A stretch of 64,000 bases of DNA from Candidatus Cloacimonadales bacterium (lineage in GTDB: Bacteria > Cloacimonadota > Cloacimonadia > Cloacimonadales > JAFGVF01): NCBI GenBank assembly GCA_963662585.1, contig OY759729.1, forward strand, positions 2,656,001-2,720,000. Reading direction: 5' to 3'. The number at the start of each line of letters is the position of its first letter. Positions within the stretch are counted from its first letter, which is position 1. Both the position numbers and the translations under genes were made by a program. Below the pieces are notes generated by a model. The model was not told the DNA's origin, made no database searches, and was given only the letters and a program-made list of their open reading frames with translations. Positions 18,882 through 29,892 of this stretch are shown one piece after another.

Positions 18882-19829
18882 ATGAATAATAAAATTGCTT
18901 TTGTTTTTCCTGGTCAAGGTGCCCAGTATGTCGGAATGGCAATGGACTTCGTTGAACAAGAACCTGAATTAAAAGAGATTTTAAATAAATTTGATAGAGA
19001 TAATAGCGTTGAGCTCTTTAGAATTATGTCTGAAGGACCTGATACAGATCTTACTGATACTAAATTCACTCAACCAGCTATTTTGTTCCACTCAATTGCT
19101 GCGTGGAAAACCTTAACCAGCAGATTAGAAATCACACCAAAATTTGTCGCAGGACACTCTCTTGGAGAATTTACTTCTCTAGTTGCAAATGGTGTGCTGA
19201 CTCTAAGTGATGCTATGTATTTAGTTCATAGAAGAGGGCAGTTTATGATTGAAGCTAATGAAGGGAAACCTTTTGCTATGGCTGCAATTATGGGCCTTGA
19301 TAGTCAAGCAGTTACAGAGCTTTGTAAAGAGGCTGAAGATGCTGGTATTGTTATTCCAGCTAATTTTAATTCACCTGTACAAACTGTTATCTCTGGCAGT
19401 AAAGAAGGTGTCGAGAAAGCTATGCAAATAGCAAAGAGCAAAGGAGCTAAAAGAGCTATTGCTCTGAATGTAGGTGGACCTTTCCACTCTCCTTTAATAG
19501 AGAAAGCTGGAGTCTGGCTTCAAGAAGAAATGGAAAAGATGTCCTTCCAAGATACAACAATTCCTGTAGTTTCTAATGTAGATGCTCTTCCTCATAACTC
19601 TTCTGATAAAATTAAAGAGAATTTAGCAAAGCAAGTTACCTCTTCTGTCAGATGGATTGAATCTGTTGAATATATGATAGACAAGGGTATAGAGCTTTTT
19701 GTAGAGTTTGGTCCTCAAAAAGTTCTTAGTGGTATGATAAAGAAGATTGACAAAAATATCTCTGTTGTAAATATTGATAAATTAGAAGATATTGAAAATG
19801 CTATTGAGGTAATTCAAGAATATGTATAA
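18882..19829 (+). CDS. fabD: Malonyl-CoA:ACP transacylase
   Basis: FPGQGAQ, GHSLGE, PFHS, EFGP. Confidence 0.96.
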   Translation: MNNKIAFVFPGQGAQYVGMAMDFVEQEPELKEILNKFDRDNSVELFRIMSEGPDTDLTDTKFTQPAILFHSIAAWKTLTSRLEITPKFVAGHSLGEFTSLVANGVLTLSDAMYLVHRRGQFMIEANEGKPFAMAAIMGLDSQAVTELCKEAEDAGIVIPANFNSPVQTVISGSKEGVEKAMQIAKSKGAKRAIALNVGGPFHSPLIEKAGVWLQEEMEKMSFQDTTIPVVSNVDALPHNSSDKIKENLAKQVTSSVRWIESVEYMIDKGIELFVEFGPQKVLSGMIKKIDKNISVVNIDKLEDIENAIEVIQEYV

Positions 19830-20565
19830 TATGAAAAATAAAGTTGTGTTAGTAACTGGCTCTGGTCGTGGTATCGGATTCGGTATTGCTCAGAAGTTTG
19901 CTGAAATGGAAGCAAAAACAGTAATCTTGGATATTAATCAAGAAATTGTCGATAAGGCAGTTGCAGAACTAAATCAATTGGGATTTACTGTCTATGGCTA
20001 CGCTTTAGATGTTACTAATTCAGAACTAGTAGAAAGCGTTTTAAAGCAAATTAATAAAGATTTAGGTAGTCTAGATGTTTTAATTAATAATGCTGGAATT
20101 ACTAAAGATAATCTTCTAATGAGAATGAAAGAATCTGAATGGGACGCAGTAATTAATGTTAACCTCAAAGGTACTTATAATTGTACTCAGAAGATTTGTC
20201 GTTACATGATGAAACAAAAGAGTGGAGTGATTATTAATATTGCTTCAGTTATTGGTATTATGGGTAATGCAGGACAAGCTAATTATGCTGCTTCAAAAGG
20301 CGGGATAATAGCCCTTACTAAATCCACAGCTAAAGAGTTGGCTTCTAGAAATATTAGAGCTAATGCGATAGCCCCTGGATTTATTGAAACAGATATGACA
20401 GCGTCCTTAAGCCCAGATGTAGTAGAAAGTTATGCTAAAGCTATTCCTCTTGGTAAAATGGGTAAAGCTGAAGATATAGCAAATTTATGCTTATTCTTAG
20501 CTTCTGATGGAGCTAAATATATAACAGGTCAAACCATCAATGTTGATGGTGGACTTATAATGTAA
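19822..20565 (+). CDS. fabG: 3-oxoacyl-ACP reductase
   Basis: [31 protein letters not shown]. Confidence 0.96.
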   Translation: MYNMKNKVVLVTGSGRGIGFGIAQKFAEMEAKTVILDINQEIVDKAVAELNQLGFTVYGYALDVTNSELVESVLKQINKDLGSLDVLINNAGITKDNLLMRMKESEWDAVINVNLKGTYNCTQKICRYMMKQKSGVIINIASVIGIMGNAGQANYAASKGGIIALTKSTAKELASRNIRANAIAPGFIETDMTASLSPDVVESYAKAIPLGKMGKAEDIANLCLFLASDGAKYITGQTINVDGGLIM

Positions 20566-20606
20566 GTAGAAATAAAGAAAAAAGAAAAATAACCATGGAG
20601 GAACTA

Positions 20607-20840
20607 ATGGATATTGAAGCAAAAGTAAAACAAATTATTGTTGACGAATTGAGTGTTGAAGAGAGTCAAGTAACTAATGAAGCTAAATTTATTGAAGATT
20701 TAGGTGCTGATTCATTAGACACAGTAGAACTTGTAATGAAGTTTGAAGAAGAATTCGATATCGAAATTCCAGACGAAGATCAAGAGAAATTGAGATCAGT
20801 TGGTGAAGCTGTAAGTTATCTTAAAGGAAGATTAGCTTAA
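20607..20840 (+). CDS. acpP: Acyl carrier protein
   Basis: [14 protein letters not shown]; start ATG 20607 follows GGAGGA. Confidence 0.97.
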   Translation: MDIEAKVKQIIVDELSVEESQVTNEAKFIEDLGADSLDTVELVMKFEEEFDIEIPDEDQEKLRSVGEAVSYLKGRLA

Positions 20841-20855
20841 TTAAAGCATGATTAC

Positions 20856-20897
20856 TTTGAGTTAAGGCTTCTCTCAATTGAGAAGGCTTAACTCAAA
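20856..20897 (+). promoter_or_regulatory. 18-bp stem-loop between acpP and fabF (stabiliser, partial terminator or processing site)
   Basis: TTTGAGTTAAGGCTTCTC / GAGAAGGCTTAACTCAAA, one mismatch. Confidence 0.6.
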
Positions 20898-20926
20898 TTG
20901 TTTTTTAAAAAATCTAAGGAATATTT

Positions 20927-22168
20927 ATGAAAAGAAGAGTTGTAATTACGGGACTGGGTGCTGTTACTCCTGTAGGGTTAAATGTAGCAAGTTTATGGGA
21001 AAGTTTGCTATCAGGTAAATCAGGAATCAGTTTAATAGAAAAATTTGATACAACTGATTTTACTTCAAAGATAGCTGGTGAAATTAAAAACTTTAATCCT
21101 GAAGACTATTTTGATAAGAAAGAGATTAAAAAATTAGACTTATATACTCAATTTGCTTTAGTCGCTGCTAGAGAAGCTATGAAAGATGCAGGCTTAAATC
21201 CTGAAAATTACGATCCTGAAAGAGCAGGTTGTGTGATGGGTGCCGGTATTGGTGGTATTTGGACTTTCCAAGAGGAAACTGAAAAGTTCTTTAATAAAGG
21301 AGCTAAAAGAGTAAGTCCATTTTTCATCCCTAAGATGATTTCCAATATTGCAGCGGGTCATGTTGCTATCGAGAATAACCTCAAAGCAATTAACTTTAAT
21401 GTTGTGAGTGCTTGTGCAAGTGCTAATCATGCTATTGGTACATCTTTAAGATCTATTCAATATGGTGATGCAGATATCATCATAAGTGGTGGAGCTGAAG
21501 GTGCTGTTAATCCTATGGCAATGGCTGGTTTCTGTGCTATGAAAGCATTAAGTACAAGAAATGAAGAACCTACAAGAGCTAGCAGACCTTTTGACAAAGA
21601 ACGCGATGGTTTTGTAATGTCTGAAGGTGCTGGAATGTTAGTATTAGAAGAGATGGAACATGCTTTGGCTCGTGGAGCTAAAATTTATGCAGAATTAGTA
21701 GGCTATGGTGCCTCTTGTGATGCTTATCATGTTACTGCTCCTGCTGATGGTGGTGAAGGTAGTGCTCGCGCTATTAACTTCGCTATCAAAGATGCTGGAT
21801 TAACTCCTGCTGATATTGATTATGTTAATGCTCACGGAACTTCTACTCCTCTTAATGATAAGAATGAAACTGCAGCAATAAAAACAGTTTTTGGTGCTGA
21901 TGCAGGGAATATCTCAATAAACTCAACCAAATCAATGGTGGGACATATGTTGGGTGCTGCTGCTGGTATTGAAGCTATTGTTTGTTGTTTATCAATCAGA
22001 GATAGCAAAGTTCACGCAACACTAAATTATGAAAACCCTGATCCTGAATGTGATCTTAACTATACACCTAAAAATACAATAGATAAAGAAGTTAGAGCAG
22101 CTGTTAGTAATTCTCTTGGTTTTGGAGGACATAACTCTGCTATCGTAATTAAAAAATTTGTAAAATAA
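20927..22168 (+). CDS. fabF: 3-oxoacyl-ACP synthase II
   Basis: SACAS, RPFDKERDGF, NAHGTST, GHMLGAAA, NSLGFGGHN. Confidence 0.97.
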   Translation: MKRRVVITGLGAVTPVGLNVASLWESLLSGKSGISLIEKFDTTDFTSKIAGEIKNFNPEDYFDKKEIKKLDLYTQFALVAAREAMKDAGLNPENYDPERAGCVMGAGIGGIWTFQEETEKFFNKGAKRVSPFFIPKMISNIAAGHVAIENNLKAINFNVVSACASANHAIGTSLRSIQYGDADIIISGGAEGAVNPMAMAGFCAMKALSTRNEEPTRASRPFDKERDGFVMSEGAGMLVLEEMEHALARGAKIYAELVGYGASCDAYHVTAPADGGEGSARAINFAIKDAGLTPADIDYVNAHGTSTPLNDKNETAAIKTVFGADAGNISINSTKSMVGHMLGAAAGIEAIVCCLSIRDSKVHATLNYENPDPECDLNYTPKNTIDKEVRAAVSNSLGFGGHNSAIVIKKFVK

Positions 22169-22173
22169 TATAG

Positions 22174-22196
22174 AAGGGGGACTAGTTCCCCCTTTT
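22174..22196 (+). terminator. Intrinsic terminator-like hairpin after fabF
   Basis: AAGGGGGA-ctagt-TCCCCCTTTT. Confidence 0.7.
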
Positions 22197-22262
22197 CACT
22201 AGATACTGTGAAAAGAGTAGCGTTACTACTTTTTTCAGAGTTTCTTCTGAGAAAGGAGCTTT

Positions 22263-23030
22263 ATGAAGCAATTAATTAAATCGTTAATTGACCATTTCAT
22301 CAAGGTCGAAAAGACTAATTCTGAGGGATGGGATAGAAAATTAGATGAACTGCAAGCAAAGATAGATTATAGATTTAAAAATACAATTTTATTGAAGAAT
22401 GCCTTAACTCACGACTCTTATTACAAAAAAGAAGAGAGAGTTAATAGCGATTTATCACCTTTTGAAAGAATGGAATTCCTAGGGGATTCTGTCTTGGGCT
22501 TAGTTATAGCTCAAGAGTTATTTGTCTTATTCCCTCAAAAACAAGAAGGTAATCTCTCCAAACTAAAATCTAAAATTGTCTCTGAGAAATTTCTCACTAT
22601 GAGATCAAATGAAATTGAATTAGGTGAATACCTACTTTTGAGTTCAGAAGAAGCCAGAAGCGGAGGAAGGAAAAAACCTTCTATTGTTTCTGATTCTATG
22701 GAATCACTAATTTGTGCTATCTACTTAGATGGAGGAATGACGGTCGCTCGTAAGTTTATTAAGAAGTTTATTCTGAATAAATTTGAAGATTATGTTAATA
22801 GGGAAGAGCTGATTAATTACAAAAGCATTTTGCAAGAATATACTCAATCTAAATATCAAATACCACCTATTTATCAAGTAGTTTCCGAAAATGGACCTGA
22901 TCATCAGAAAGAATTTTTAGTTGAAGTATTCATTAAGGGCACTTCATTCGGGAAAGGAAGAGGGGCTAATAAGAAGAGTGCTCAACAGCAAGCAGCTAAA
23001 GTTGCTTGTGAAAAAATAAAGATTAAATAA
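22263..23030 (+). CDS. rnc: Ribonuclease III
   Basis: ERMEFLGDSVLGL, SDSMESLICAIYLDGG, dsRBD NYKSILQE...GPDH...KKSAQQ. Confidence 0.97.
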   Translation: MKQLIKSLIDHFIKVEKTNSEGWDRKLDELQAKIDYRFKNTILLKNALTHDSYYKKEERVNSDLSPFERMEFLGDSVLGLVIAQELFVLFPQKQEGNLSKLKSKIVSEKFLTMRSNEIELGEYLLLSSEEARSGGRKKPSIVSDSMESLICAIYLDGGMTVARKFIKKFILNKFEDYVNREELINYKSILQEYTQSKYQIPPIYQVVSENGPDHQKEFLVEVFIKGTSFGKGRGANKKSAQQQAAKVACEKIKIK

Positions 23031-24010
23031 TGCAAGTTTTCCCTGTATTTTTACCTCTTAAAGGTTGTCCTTTTAGATGTATTTATTGTGATCAATATCT
23101 AATTACAGGTTCAGACCATTTTAATCTAGATGAGCATTTAGCAGATATTGCTAACTTTTGTCGCAAGCACCAAGATGTAGAAAAGGAAATTGCCTTTTTT
23201 GGCGGAACTTTTACAGCTCTTGATCTGACATGGCAAAGAGAACAATTCACTAAATTATCATCTTTCATCAATGATAAGACAGGCATTCGTTATTCTACTA
23301 GACCTGATTGCTTAACTAAAGAAGATTTAGATTTAGCAAGAGAGTTGGGGGTTAAAACTATAGAGTTAGGAATTCAAGACTTTTCAGATGAAGTCTTAAA
23401 GAAAAGTCGGAGAGGCTATAGTCAAGCTAAAGCAATAGAAGCATGTAAGTTAATTAAATCTTATGACTTCAATCTTGGTATCCAAATTATGCCAGGATTA
23501 CCAGCTTTCTCTCAGGATAGTCTAAAAGAAACTCTAGCTATTATTTTAGAGTTAAAACCAAGCTTTGTTAGAATATATCCTACGGTTGTATTGCAAGGAA
23601 CAGTCTTAGCTGACTTATATTCTCTGGGAGAATTTAAGCCTTTACAATTAGATGAAGCAATAACTATTTGTGTAGATTTATACCAAGAATTCACTGAGCA
23701 TAATATCAAAGTGATTAAGATGGGTGTACAAATAGATACTATTGATCCTAAAGCAATTATCGCTGGTCCTTATCATAAAGCTTTTGGAGAATTAGTTCAA
23801 TCTAATATTCTTATCAATGAATTATCTAAGCAAATCCCTCACGATGCTAAAGAGCTTGAAGTTATCTCACCTAGAAAGTTAGTATCCAAGTTAACAGGTC
23901 ATTCCAACTATGGCTTAAATCTTCTAAAACAAAAGCAGGCAGACAAAAAAATCAAATTAACTGTTGACACTAATTCGGATAAGTGTTTTATTAGAATAAA
24001 CTCAAAATAA
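23030..24010 (+). CDS. Radical SAM protein (Elp3/YhcC-like)
   Basis: CPFRCIYC, FFGGTFT, STRPDC, ELGIQ, GPYH; translationally coupled to rnc. Confidence 0.88.
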   Translation: MQVFPVFLPLKGCPFRCIYCDQYLITGSDHFNLDEHLADIANFCRKHQDVEKEIAFFGGTFTALDLTWQREQFTKLSSFINDKTGIRYSTRPDCLTKEDLDLARELGVKTIELGIQDFSDEVLKKSRRGYSQAKAIEACKLIKSYDFNLGIQIMPGLPAFSQDSLKETLAIILELKPSFVRIYPTVVLQGTVLADLYSLGEFKPLQLDEAITICVDLYQEFTEHNIKVIKMGVQIDTIDPKAIIAGPYHKAFGELVQSNILINELSKQIPHDAKELEVISPRKLVSKLTGHSNYGLNLLKQKQADKKIKLTVDTNSDKCFIRINSK

Positions 24011-24022
24011 AAGAGAGGCAAA

Positions 24023-25534
24023 ATGAAACATATAATTATCTTTTTACTAGTTGTTTTTTTGGTTTCTTGTGGGATAACAGATTTCGAGATGCCAACTTGG
24101 GATGTGGAATTTACTTCTATTCCTTTAATGAACGAGGATTTCCCAGCTTCCGATCTAGCAGGTGAAAATATCATTATTGAAGATGGTTTACTTATTGGTA
24201 TTATCGACGATCAATTGGAGGAAGCGACACCTGAGTTATCAAAGAATATTGTCGATGTAACCCCTAATGTTTCTTTGCAAAGTAATAACTCAGTTGCAAT
24301 TAGATTTGAAATCCAATCAATTAATTCTAACACTTCTTTTAGAATTATAGATGGGAAATTTGAATCAGGTGAGATGAATGTTTTTTTTGTAGGGGATGTT
24401 AATAATTTTAATGAACTTCAGCTTACTTTTGGCCAATTACTTACAGAAGATGGGGCGGAACTTGTCTTAGTCCTTCAACCTGGAGATTTTGTTGATAACC
24501 AATATATAATAGATTTAGCTGGATTGACTCTAGCAGACCAAAATATTGATGGCGAATTCTGGTTAATTGATATAGATGTTTTTGCCAATAGTTCTTTACC
24601 AAATGGCACTAATGTAGGTCAAATTAGATTATCGATAGATGATGAATTATTTTTTAGCAGCTTCACTGGTTTTATAAATGATGTCAGAACTTTAGATACA
24701 GAAACTAATGTTGATATTGATTACCCAGAGAATGTAGAAAATGCAATTATCTTAGATGAAATTTCTATGTATTTTGATATTTATAATAAAATTGGTTTTG
24801 AATTTGAATTGATGGGTGATCTGATAGCTTATAAAGAAGGTGTCGTAATAGATTCAATTAAGATTGAAGATTTAGAGGGTGTTGATTTTACTATCCAAGC
24901 AAGTGCAAGTGAGGGAGAAGAGACTCTTACAAGAATTGAAGTCATTAATAATGATAGAATTAACCACATGCTTAGATTAATGCCTGCTAAAATAGCTTTT
25001 TTAAATCCTACTTATAAAGTCTTTAATTTAGATGATGCTATCCCTGGATTCGTTTCAAATCAGCACACTATTAGGAGTGATTATAAAATTGAAATCCCTC
25101 TTAAAGCTACATTTAATGACGATTTTATTATTTATCCAGATAAAGTTTATGAAGTAGAGATTAGTCCAGATAACCAAGATCTTATCAATGATAATATTAA
25201 TAACTCGAAAATTAATTTAACTTTAATCAATGATTTCCCAATTGGTGGCCTTCTAGATCTGTTTATCTCTTCTGTTGAATTGGAAGCAGATTCTTTGGCT
25301 CTTGAACAAGCTGAATTGAAATTTTTAAATTATAGCATCGAAGTAAGCAATGATGAACAAATGTATGAATTGGAGTTAACTAAGGAAGATTTAGATCTTT
25401 TCCTCAGAGATATAGTTTATATGAGAGCAAGGGTTCGCTTCTATAATAGTGATGGGGTAGTAGCTATTTTAAATGAAAATAATCTCAATGTGAAGGGTTC
25501 ACTTGATATTTCTTTGAAAGTAGAGGTTAATTAA
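24023..25534 (+). CDS. Acidic lipoprotein
   Basis: Lipobox FLVS-C, PTWDVEF motif, beta-rich. Confidence 0.75.
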   Translation: MKHIIIFLLVVFLVSCGITDFEMPTWDVEFTSIPLMNEDFPASDLAGENIIIEDGLLIGIIDDQLEEATPELSKNIVDVTPNVSLQSNNSVAIRFEIQSINSNTSFRIIDGKFESGEMNVFFVGDVNNFNELQLTFGQLLTEDGAELVLVLQPGDFVDNQYIIDLAGLTLADQNIDGEFWLIDIDVFANSSLPNGTNVGQIRLSIDDELFFSSFTGFINDVRTLDTETNVDIDYPENVENAIILDEISMYFDIYNKIGFEFELMGDLIAYKEGVVIDSIKIEDLEGVDFTIQASASEGEETLTRIEVINNDRINHMLRLMPAKIAFLNPTYKVFNLDDAIPGFVSNQHTIRSDYKIEIPLKATFNDDFIIYPDKVYEVEISPDNQDLINDNINNSKINLTLINDFPIGGLLDLFISSVELEADSLALEQAELKFLNYSIEVSNDEQMYELELTKEDLDLFLRDIVYMRARVRFYNSDGVVAILNENNLNVKGSLDISLKVEVN

Positions 25535-25536
25535 TC

Positions 25537-26796
25537 ATGAGAAAGAGTACTTTACTTATAACTATTTTTCTTTTAACTGTTTTGTCAGTATCAGCCTTAA
25601 CAGATTCTTATTCTATGGCTTTTGCTGATAGTTATTTCTCAAGAGCCAAGGGTGCTGGTGCATTGCACTGGAATCCTGCTAACATTGGAGAGAAAGCTTA
25701 TTTAGATTTGCCTATCTTAAACACTAATATAAACTTAACAAATAATCTCTTTAACTTAGATATGAATGGAATTTCTGGTAAATATCTAACAGATAAAGAT
25801 AAAGAAGATATCTTAAAAGAAATTGACGGTAGCTTTGTGGTTGATGGCTCTTTTAGAACAGTAATTATGGGTATTTCAGATAGTAATAAAGCTTTTAGTA
25901 TAGGATTAAATGCTTTGGTAACATCAAAAATATCTGAAGAATTCATTAAAATCAGCCTTTATGGAACTGAAGCGGATAATTATCATTTCAATAAGAATGA
26001 TTTTGATTATAATCTTCTTTCTTATGCAGATCTATCTGCAGGTATTGGTGGTTTAAAACTAGCTAAGGTTATTCCAGCTTTAAACAATACTGATATTCCT
26101 GAAATTGAATATGGCTTTTCAGGAAGTATTCTTACTGGGATTGCTAATATTCAATCAGCTTCTTTCACTGCTGACTATGTTTCTAACATGACTGAAGGAC
26201 TTAATACTGAAGCTAATCTCAAGCAGAATGAGGGCTTTGGAGGTCTAGGATTAAAATTTAATCTTTCATTCAATTCCCAGATTAATGAAAAGCTATCTGC
26301 GGGTATGGGATTTGATAATATTTTAGGATTCATCACTTGGACAGGTAAAACCAGTGTTCGTGAAAATAAATACTGGACTGAGGGAGTTTTCATTTCTGAT
26401 TTAGGTGAAGATATTTTATCTGATGAAAATGATGTAAAAGATGTATCAAACTACACAACCAAGTTACCTGTGATTTATCGCTTTGGAACACTTTATGACT
26501 TTGGTAACATTGATTTATCTCTTGATTATAAACATACTTTTAATGACAATAGTTATAACTTAGGAAGAAATAGTATAGCTTTAGCAACAGATTTAAAGTG
26601 GATAAACTTCTTACCTTTCCAACTAGGAATTAAATTAGGTGATGGAGATAATCTTGTCTCAACAGCTTATGGACTTACCTTCAAAGGTAACTATTTCCAA
26701 ACAGGTTTTTCCATGCAAGTAGCAGATACTATATTCCCTGGAAAGAATTCAAAGTCACTATCTTACGGTATTCATACCCAACTTAGTTTAAATTAA
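25537..26796 (+). CDS. Outer-membrane beta-barrel protein (DUF5723/FadL-like)
   Basis: Signal peptide, ALHWNPANI motif, alternating amphipathic strands, G-F-I-x-W motif. Confidence 0.65.
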   Translation: MRKSTLLITIFLLTVLSVSALTDSYSMAFADSYFSRAKGAGALHWNPANIGEKAYLDLPILNTNINLTNNLFNLDMNGISGKYLTDKDKEDILKEIDGSFVVDGSFRTVIMGISDSNKAFSIGLNALVTSKISEEFIKISLYGTEADNYHFNKNDFDYNLLSYADLSAGIGGLKLAKVIPALNNTDIPEIEYGFSGSILTGIANIQSASFTADYVSNMTEGLNTEANLKQNEGFGGLGLKFNLSFNSQINEKLSAGMGFDNILGFITWTGKTSVRENKYWTEGVFISDLGEDILSDENDVKDVSNYTTKLPVIYRFGTLYDFGNIDLSLDYKHTFNDNSYNLGRNSIALATDLKWINFLPFQLGIKLGDGDNLVSTAYGLTFKGNYFQTGFSMQVADTIFPGKNSKSLSYGIHTQLSLN

Positions 26797-26810
26797 GAAG
26801 AACTAACCAA

Positions 26811-28790
26811 ATGATATTTATTGCTTTAATAATTGCCTCAATATTCTCTTTTGTTATGTACAGGAAGACATTTCCTGAACTCTCGTTACAGAGGAGAGGA
26901 ATTTTATTTTTCCTAAGACTAATCTCATTATGGATAGTGCTAGCATTTTTATTAATCCCTATCTATAAGGTAACAAAAGTAGCTTGGCAAAAACCAAAAG
27001 CAGTTGTTTTGCTAGATAACTCCGATAGTATGGAACTTCTACAAAATAATAAAACAAAATCTGAAATTATTAACTCCTTTCTTGATGAGATTAAGGATGA
27101 TTTAGCTAAGAATTTTGAAATAGAGTATTTTAATTTTGCTGCCTCTCTAGAGGGAAATCGTAATAATAGCGATTTAATCAAGACTACTGAAGAACTATTC
27201 TCGCAAAGTAGCAATAATCCTACTGAGATTTTCCTCTTATCAGATGGTTACTTCATCAATAATAAATTTGCTCAATTGAGGGATTATCCATTTAAAATTA
27301 ATACTTTTAGCTTCTCCAATCAGCAGATTGAGCAAAAGCCAAAATTTCTTAATGTGAGATCTAATAGAACAACTTTTCTTAATGATCCTACTCCTATAGA
27401 GTTAACCACTAACTCGCAAGGTGCACAAAATCTAACCATTGTGATTAAAGATAAAGATAAAACGCTTCTAAGAAAAAATATTACAGAGACAGATTCTAAT
27501 ATTGTTAAGCATCTGCTTCATCTTAAATTTGATAAAGAGGGTTTATACGAACTCTCTATAATTCTCCAAGATAATAAAGAAGAGTTTGATACAGCTAAGT
27601 TGGTCGTTAAAGTAAATGACGATCAAAGCAATGTCGTTATCTTAACAGATTCGCCAGATTGGGATGTCAAGTTTATTAAGGACGCAATCAAATTAGATAA
27701 TCGCTTTAATTACAGATTTGTTACAGTAAAAAATAGAAAGTTATGGGAAGCTAATACAGAAATATCTCTTAGTGAGCTTCTCTCTGACTGCCAATTGCTA
27801 ATTCTTAATAATGATAATAGACTTCTTCTAAATACTAATGAGAGTGATTTAATCAAGAATAAGGTTGATAAGGGACAAAATTTGTTTCTTATTGGAGATA
27901 TTATCAACGGTTTAGATGACTACTATCCTGTTAGTAAATCCCAAATCGATAGGCAATATGAAGGAAAGATTATTCCTGGGATAGTAACTAAGAATTATAC
28001 TACCTTTAATGACTATTTACAGGATTTTCAAGATTTCCCACCTGTGAAGTACAGGTACTACACTCTCAAAAACAGATCTCAAGAAATTGCAACTATGGAT
28101 AATATGGATAGATCTCCAGCAATTACTGCTTTTAAGCTTAATGAAACAAAAATTCTTCATTTTGCTGTTGAAGATTTTTGGCGATTTGCAATGCGAGTTG
28201 ATAAGGATAAATATCAAGACTTTATGCTTAATATTGTCCAGTGGCTGAGCTCAAAAAGTGGTGAAAATTTCCTAGTATCAACTGATAAAGATGGCTATTA
28301 TTTTGGAGAAACAATCAACTTTAATGCCTCAATATTGGATGAGAAAGGCGATTTTATCTCTCAGAAAAAGCTTAAATTGGAAGTCAAAGATGATAAAAAC
28401 ATAGCAGTACTATCTGATTTCTTATTATGGAAAACTGATAATTACTCCTATGAATTGAATGATTTAAAAGCAGGTAACTACTTCTACAAAGTTACTGATA
28501 ATGATACTAAGCAGATGAAAGAAGGAAACTTTATTATCTTTAATAATTCGCTTGAACAAGCTCATTTAGATTTTAATAATGTTGCTCTCAATGAAATTTC
28601 TAATATTACTAATGGACAGAACTTTGCTAGTGAAGATATTAATTCGATGCCTGAACTACTCAAGAGAGAGAAAGTCTCGATAGATCTTTATAGTGAATTC
28701 AAAATTCTCTATAATAACTATTTCTTGTTACTAGTAATATTGTCTTTCTCAATTGAATTATATTTCAGAAGAAGATGGGGCCTACTATAA
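26811..28790 (+). CDS. Membrane protein with vWA-like domain
   Basis: N-terminal TM helices, LLDNSDSM MIDAS-like, LLSDG, C-terminal TM ending ELYFRRRWGLL. Confidence 0.75.
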   Translation: MIFIALIIASIFSFVMYRKTFPELSLQRRGILFFLRLISLWIVLAFLLIPIYKVTKVAWQKPKAVVLLDNSDSMELLQNNKTKSEIINSFLDEIKDDLAKNFEIEYFNFAASLEGNRNNSDLIKTTEELFSQSSNNPTEIFLLSDGYFINNKFAQLRDYPFKINTFSFSNQQIEQKPKFLNVRSNRTTFLNDPTPIELTTNSQGAQNLTIVIKDKDKTLLRKNITETDSNIVKHLLHLKFDKEGLYELSIILQDNKEEFDTAKLVVKVNDDQSNVVILTDSPDWDVKFIKDAIKLDNRFNYRFVTVKNRKLWEANTEISLSELLSDCQLLILNNDNRLLLNTNESDLIKNKVDKGQNLFLIGDIINGLDDYYPVSKSQIDRQYEGKIIPGIVTKNYTTFNDYLQDFQDFPPVKYRYYTLKNRSQEIATMDNMDRSPAITAFKLNETKILHFAVEDFWRFAMRVDKDKYQDFMLNIVQWLSSKSGENFLVSTDKDGYYFGETINFNASILDEKGDFISQKKLKLEVKDDKNIAVLSDFLLWKTDNYSYELNDLKAGNYFYKVTDNDTKQMKEGNFIIFNNSLEQAHLDFNNVALNEISNITNGQNFASEDINSMPELLKREKVSIDLYSEFKILYNNYFLLLVILSFSIELYFRRRWGLL

Positions 28791-28830
28791 AGATTTCTCT
28801 TGCTTAGATTTGTTACCTTGGGAGGATAAA

Positions 28831-29892
28831 ATGAAATTAAGAAAAAAAACTAATAAAATTAAATTAGGTAATCTCTATATTGGTGGTGATGCTCCAATAA
28901 CTATTCAGTCTATGACTAATACTAACACTGCGGATGTAAAAAGCACTCTTGAACAGATTCATCAGCTTGAAGAGGCTGGTTGCGAAATTATTAGATTAGC
29001 AGTGCCTGACCAAGCATCAGCAGAAGCTCTTAAATATATTTTACCTGAAGTTAACATACCAACCATAGCCGATATTCATTTTGATTATAAACTTGCCCTT
29101 GCTTCCATTAAAAATGGTATTGAAGGCTTAAGACTAAACCCAGGGAATATCGGGGAAGAGTGGAAGGTTAAGGAAGTAATAAAGGCTGCCCAGGAGCGTT
29201 CTATTCCTATTAGAATAGGAGTTAATGGTGGTTCTCTCTCTCAGAAAATTATTAAAAAGTATGGCTTTGGGGAAGAGGCGATAGTTCAATCAGCTTTAGA
29301 ACATGTCCATATTCTAGAAGATAATAACTTTACAGATATCAAGATTTCGGTAAAATCTTCTAATCTTGATTTAATGATCAAGTGTTATGAGAACTTAAGC
29401 AGTAAAGTAGCTTATCCTCTTCATCTTGGAGTAACCGAAGCTGGAACTTTTACTCGGGGAACTATTAAATCCTCAATGGGTATTGGTATGCTTCTTTATA
29501 ATGGAATTGGTGACACTATTAGAGTCTCCCTTACTTCTTCTCCAGTTGATGAAGTGCTTGTTGCTAGAGAAATTCTGCTTAGTTTAGGTCTAAAAAATGG
29601 CATGGAAATAATATCTTGTCCCACTTGTGGCAGAACTAAGATAGATTTAATAGGATTGGCTGAAAAAGTAGAAGAAAGACTGACCCCATTTAAAAATAGG
29701 AATATCACTGTTGCTGTCATGGGATGTATTGTTAATGGTCCTGGAGAAGCAAGAGAAGCTGATTATGGTTTAGCTGGGGGAACAAAGGAAGGACTTCTCT
29801 TTAAAAAAGGTGAAATTATTAAGAAAGTTCCTGAAAGAGAATTAGTTGAAGAATTATATCAAATGATAGCTGCTGATTTCCCTGATGAATAG
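28831..29892 (+). CDS. ispG: 4-hydroxy-3-methylbut-2-enyl diphosphate synthase
   Basis: QSMTNT, ADIHF, RLNPGNIG, HLGVTEAG, SCPTCGR, VMGCIVNGPGE; start ATG 28831 after GGAGG. Confidence 0.97.
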   Translation: MKLRKKTNKIKLGNLYIGGDAPITIQSMTNTNTADVKSTLEQIHQLEEAGCEIIRLAVPDQASAEALKYILPEVNIPTIADIHFDYKLALASIKNGIEGLRLNPGNIGEEWKVKEVIKAAQERSIPIRIGVNGGSLSQKIIKKYGFGEEAIVQSALEHVHILEDNNFTDIKISVKSSNLDLMIKCYENLSSKVAYPLHLGVTEAGTFTRGTIKSSMGIGMLLYNGIGDTIRVSLTSSPVDEVLVAREILLSLGLKNGMEIISCPTCGRTKIDLIGLAEKVEERLTPFKNRNITVAVMGCIVNGPGEAREADYGLAGGTKEGLLFKKGEIIKKVPERELVEELYQMIAADFPDE

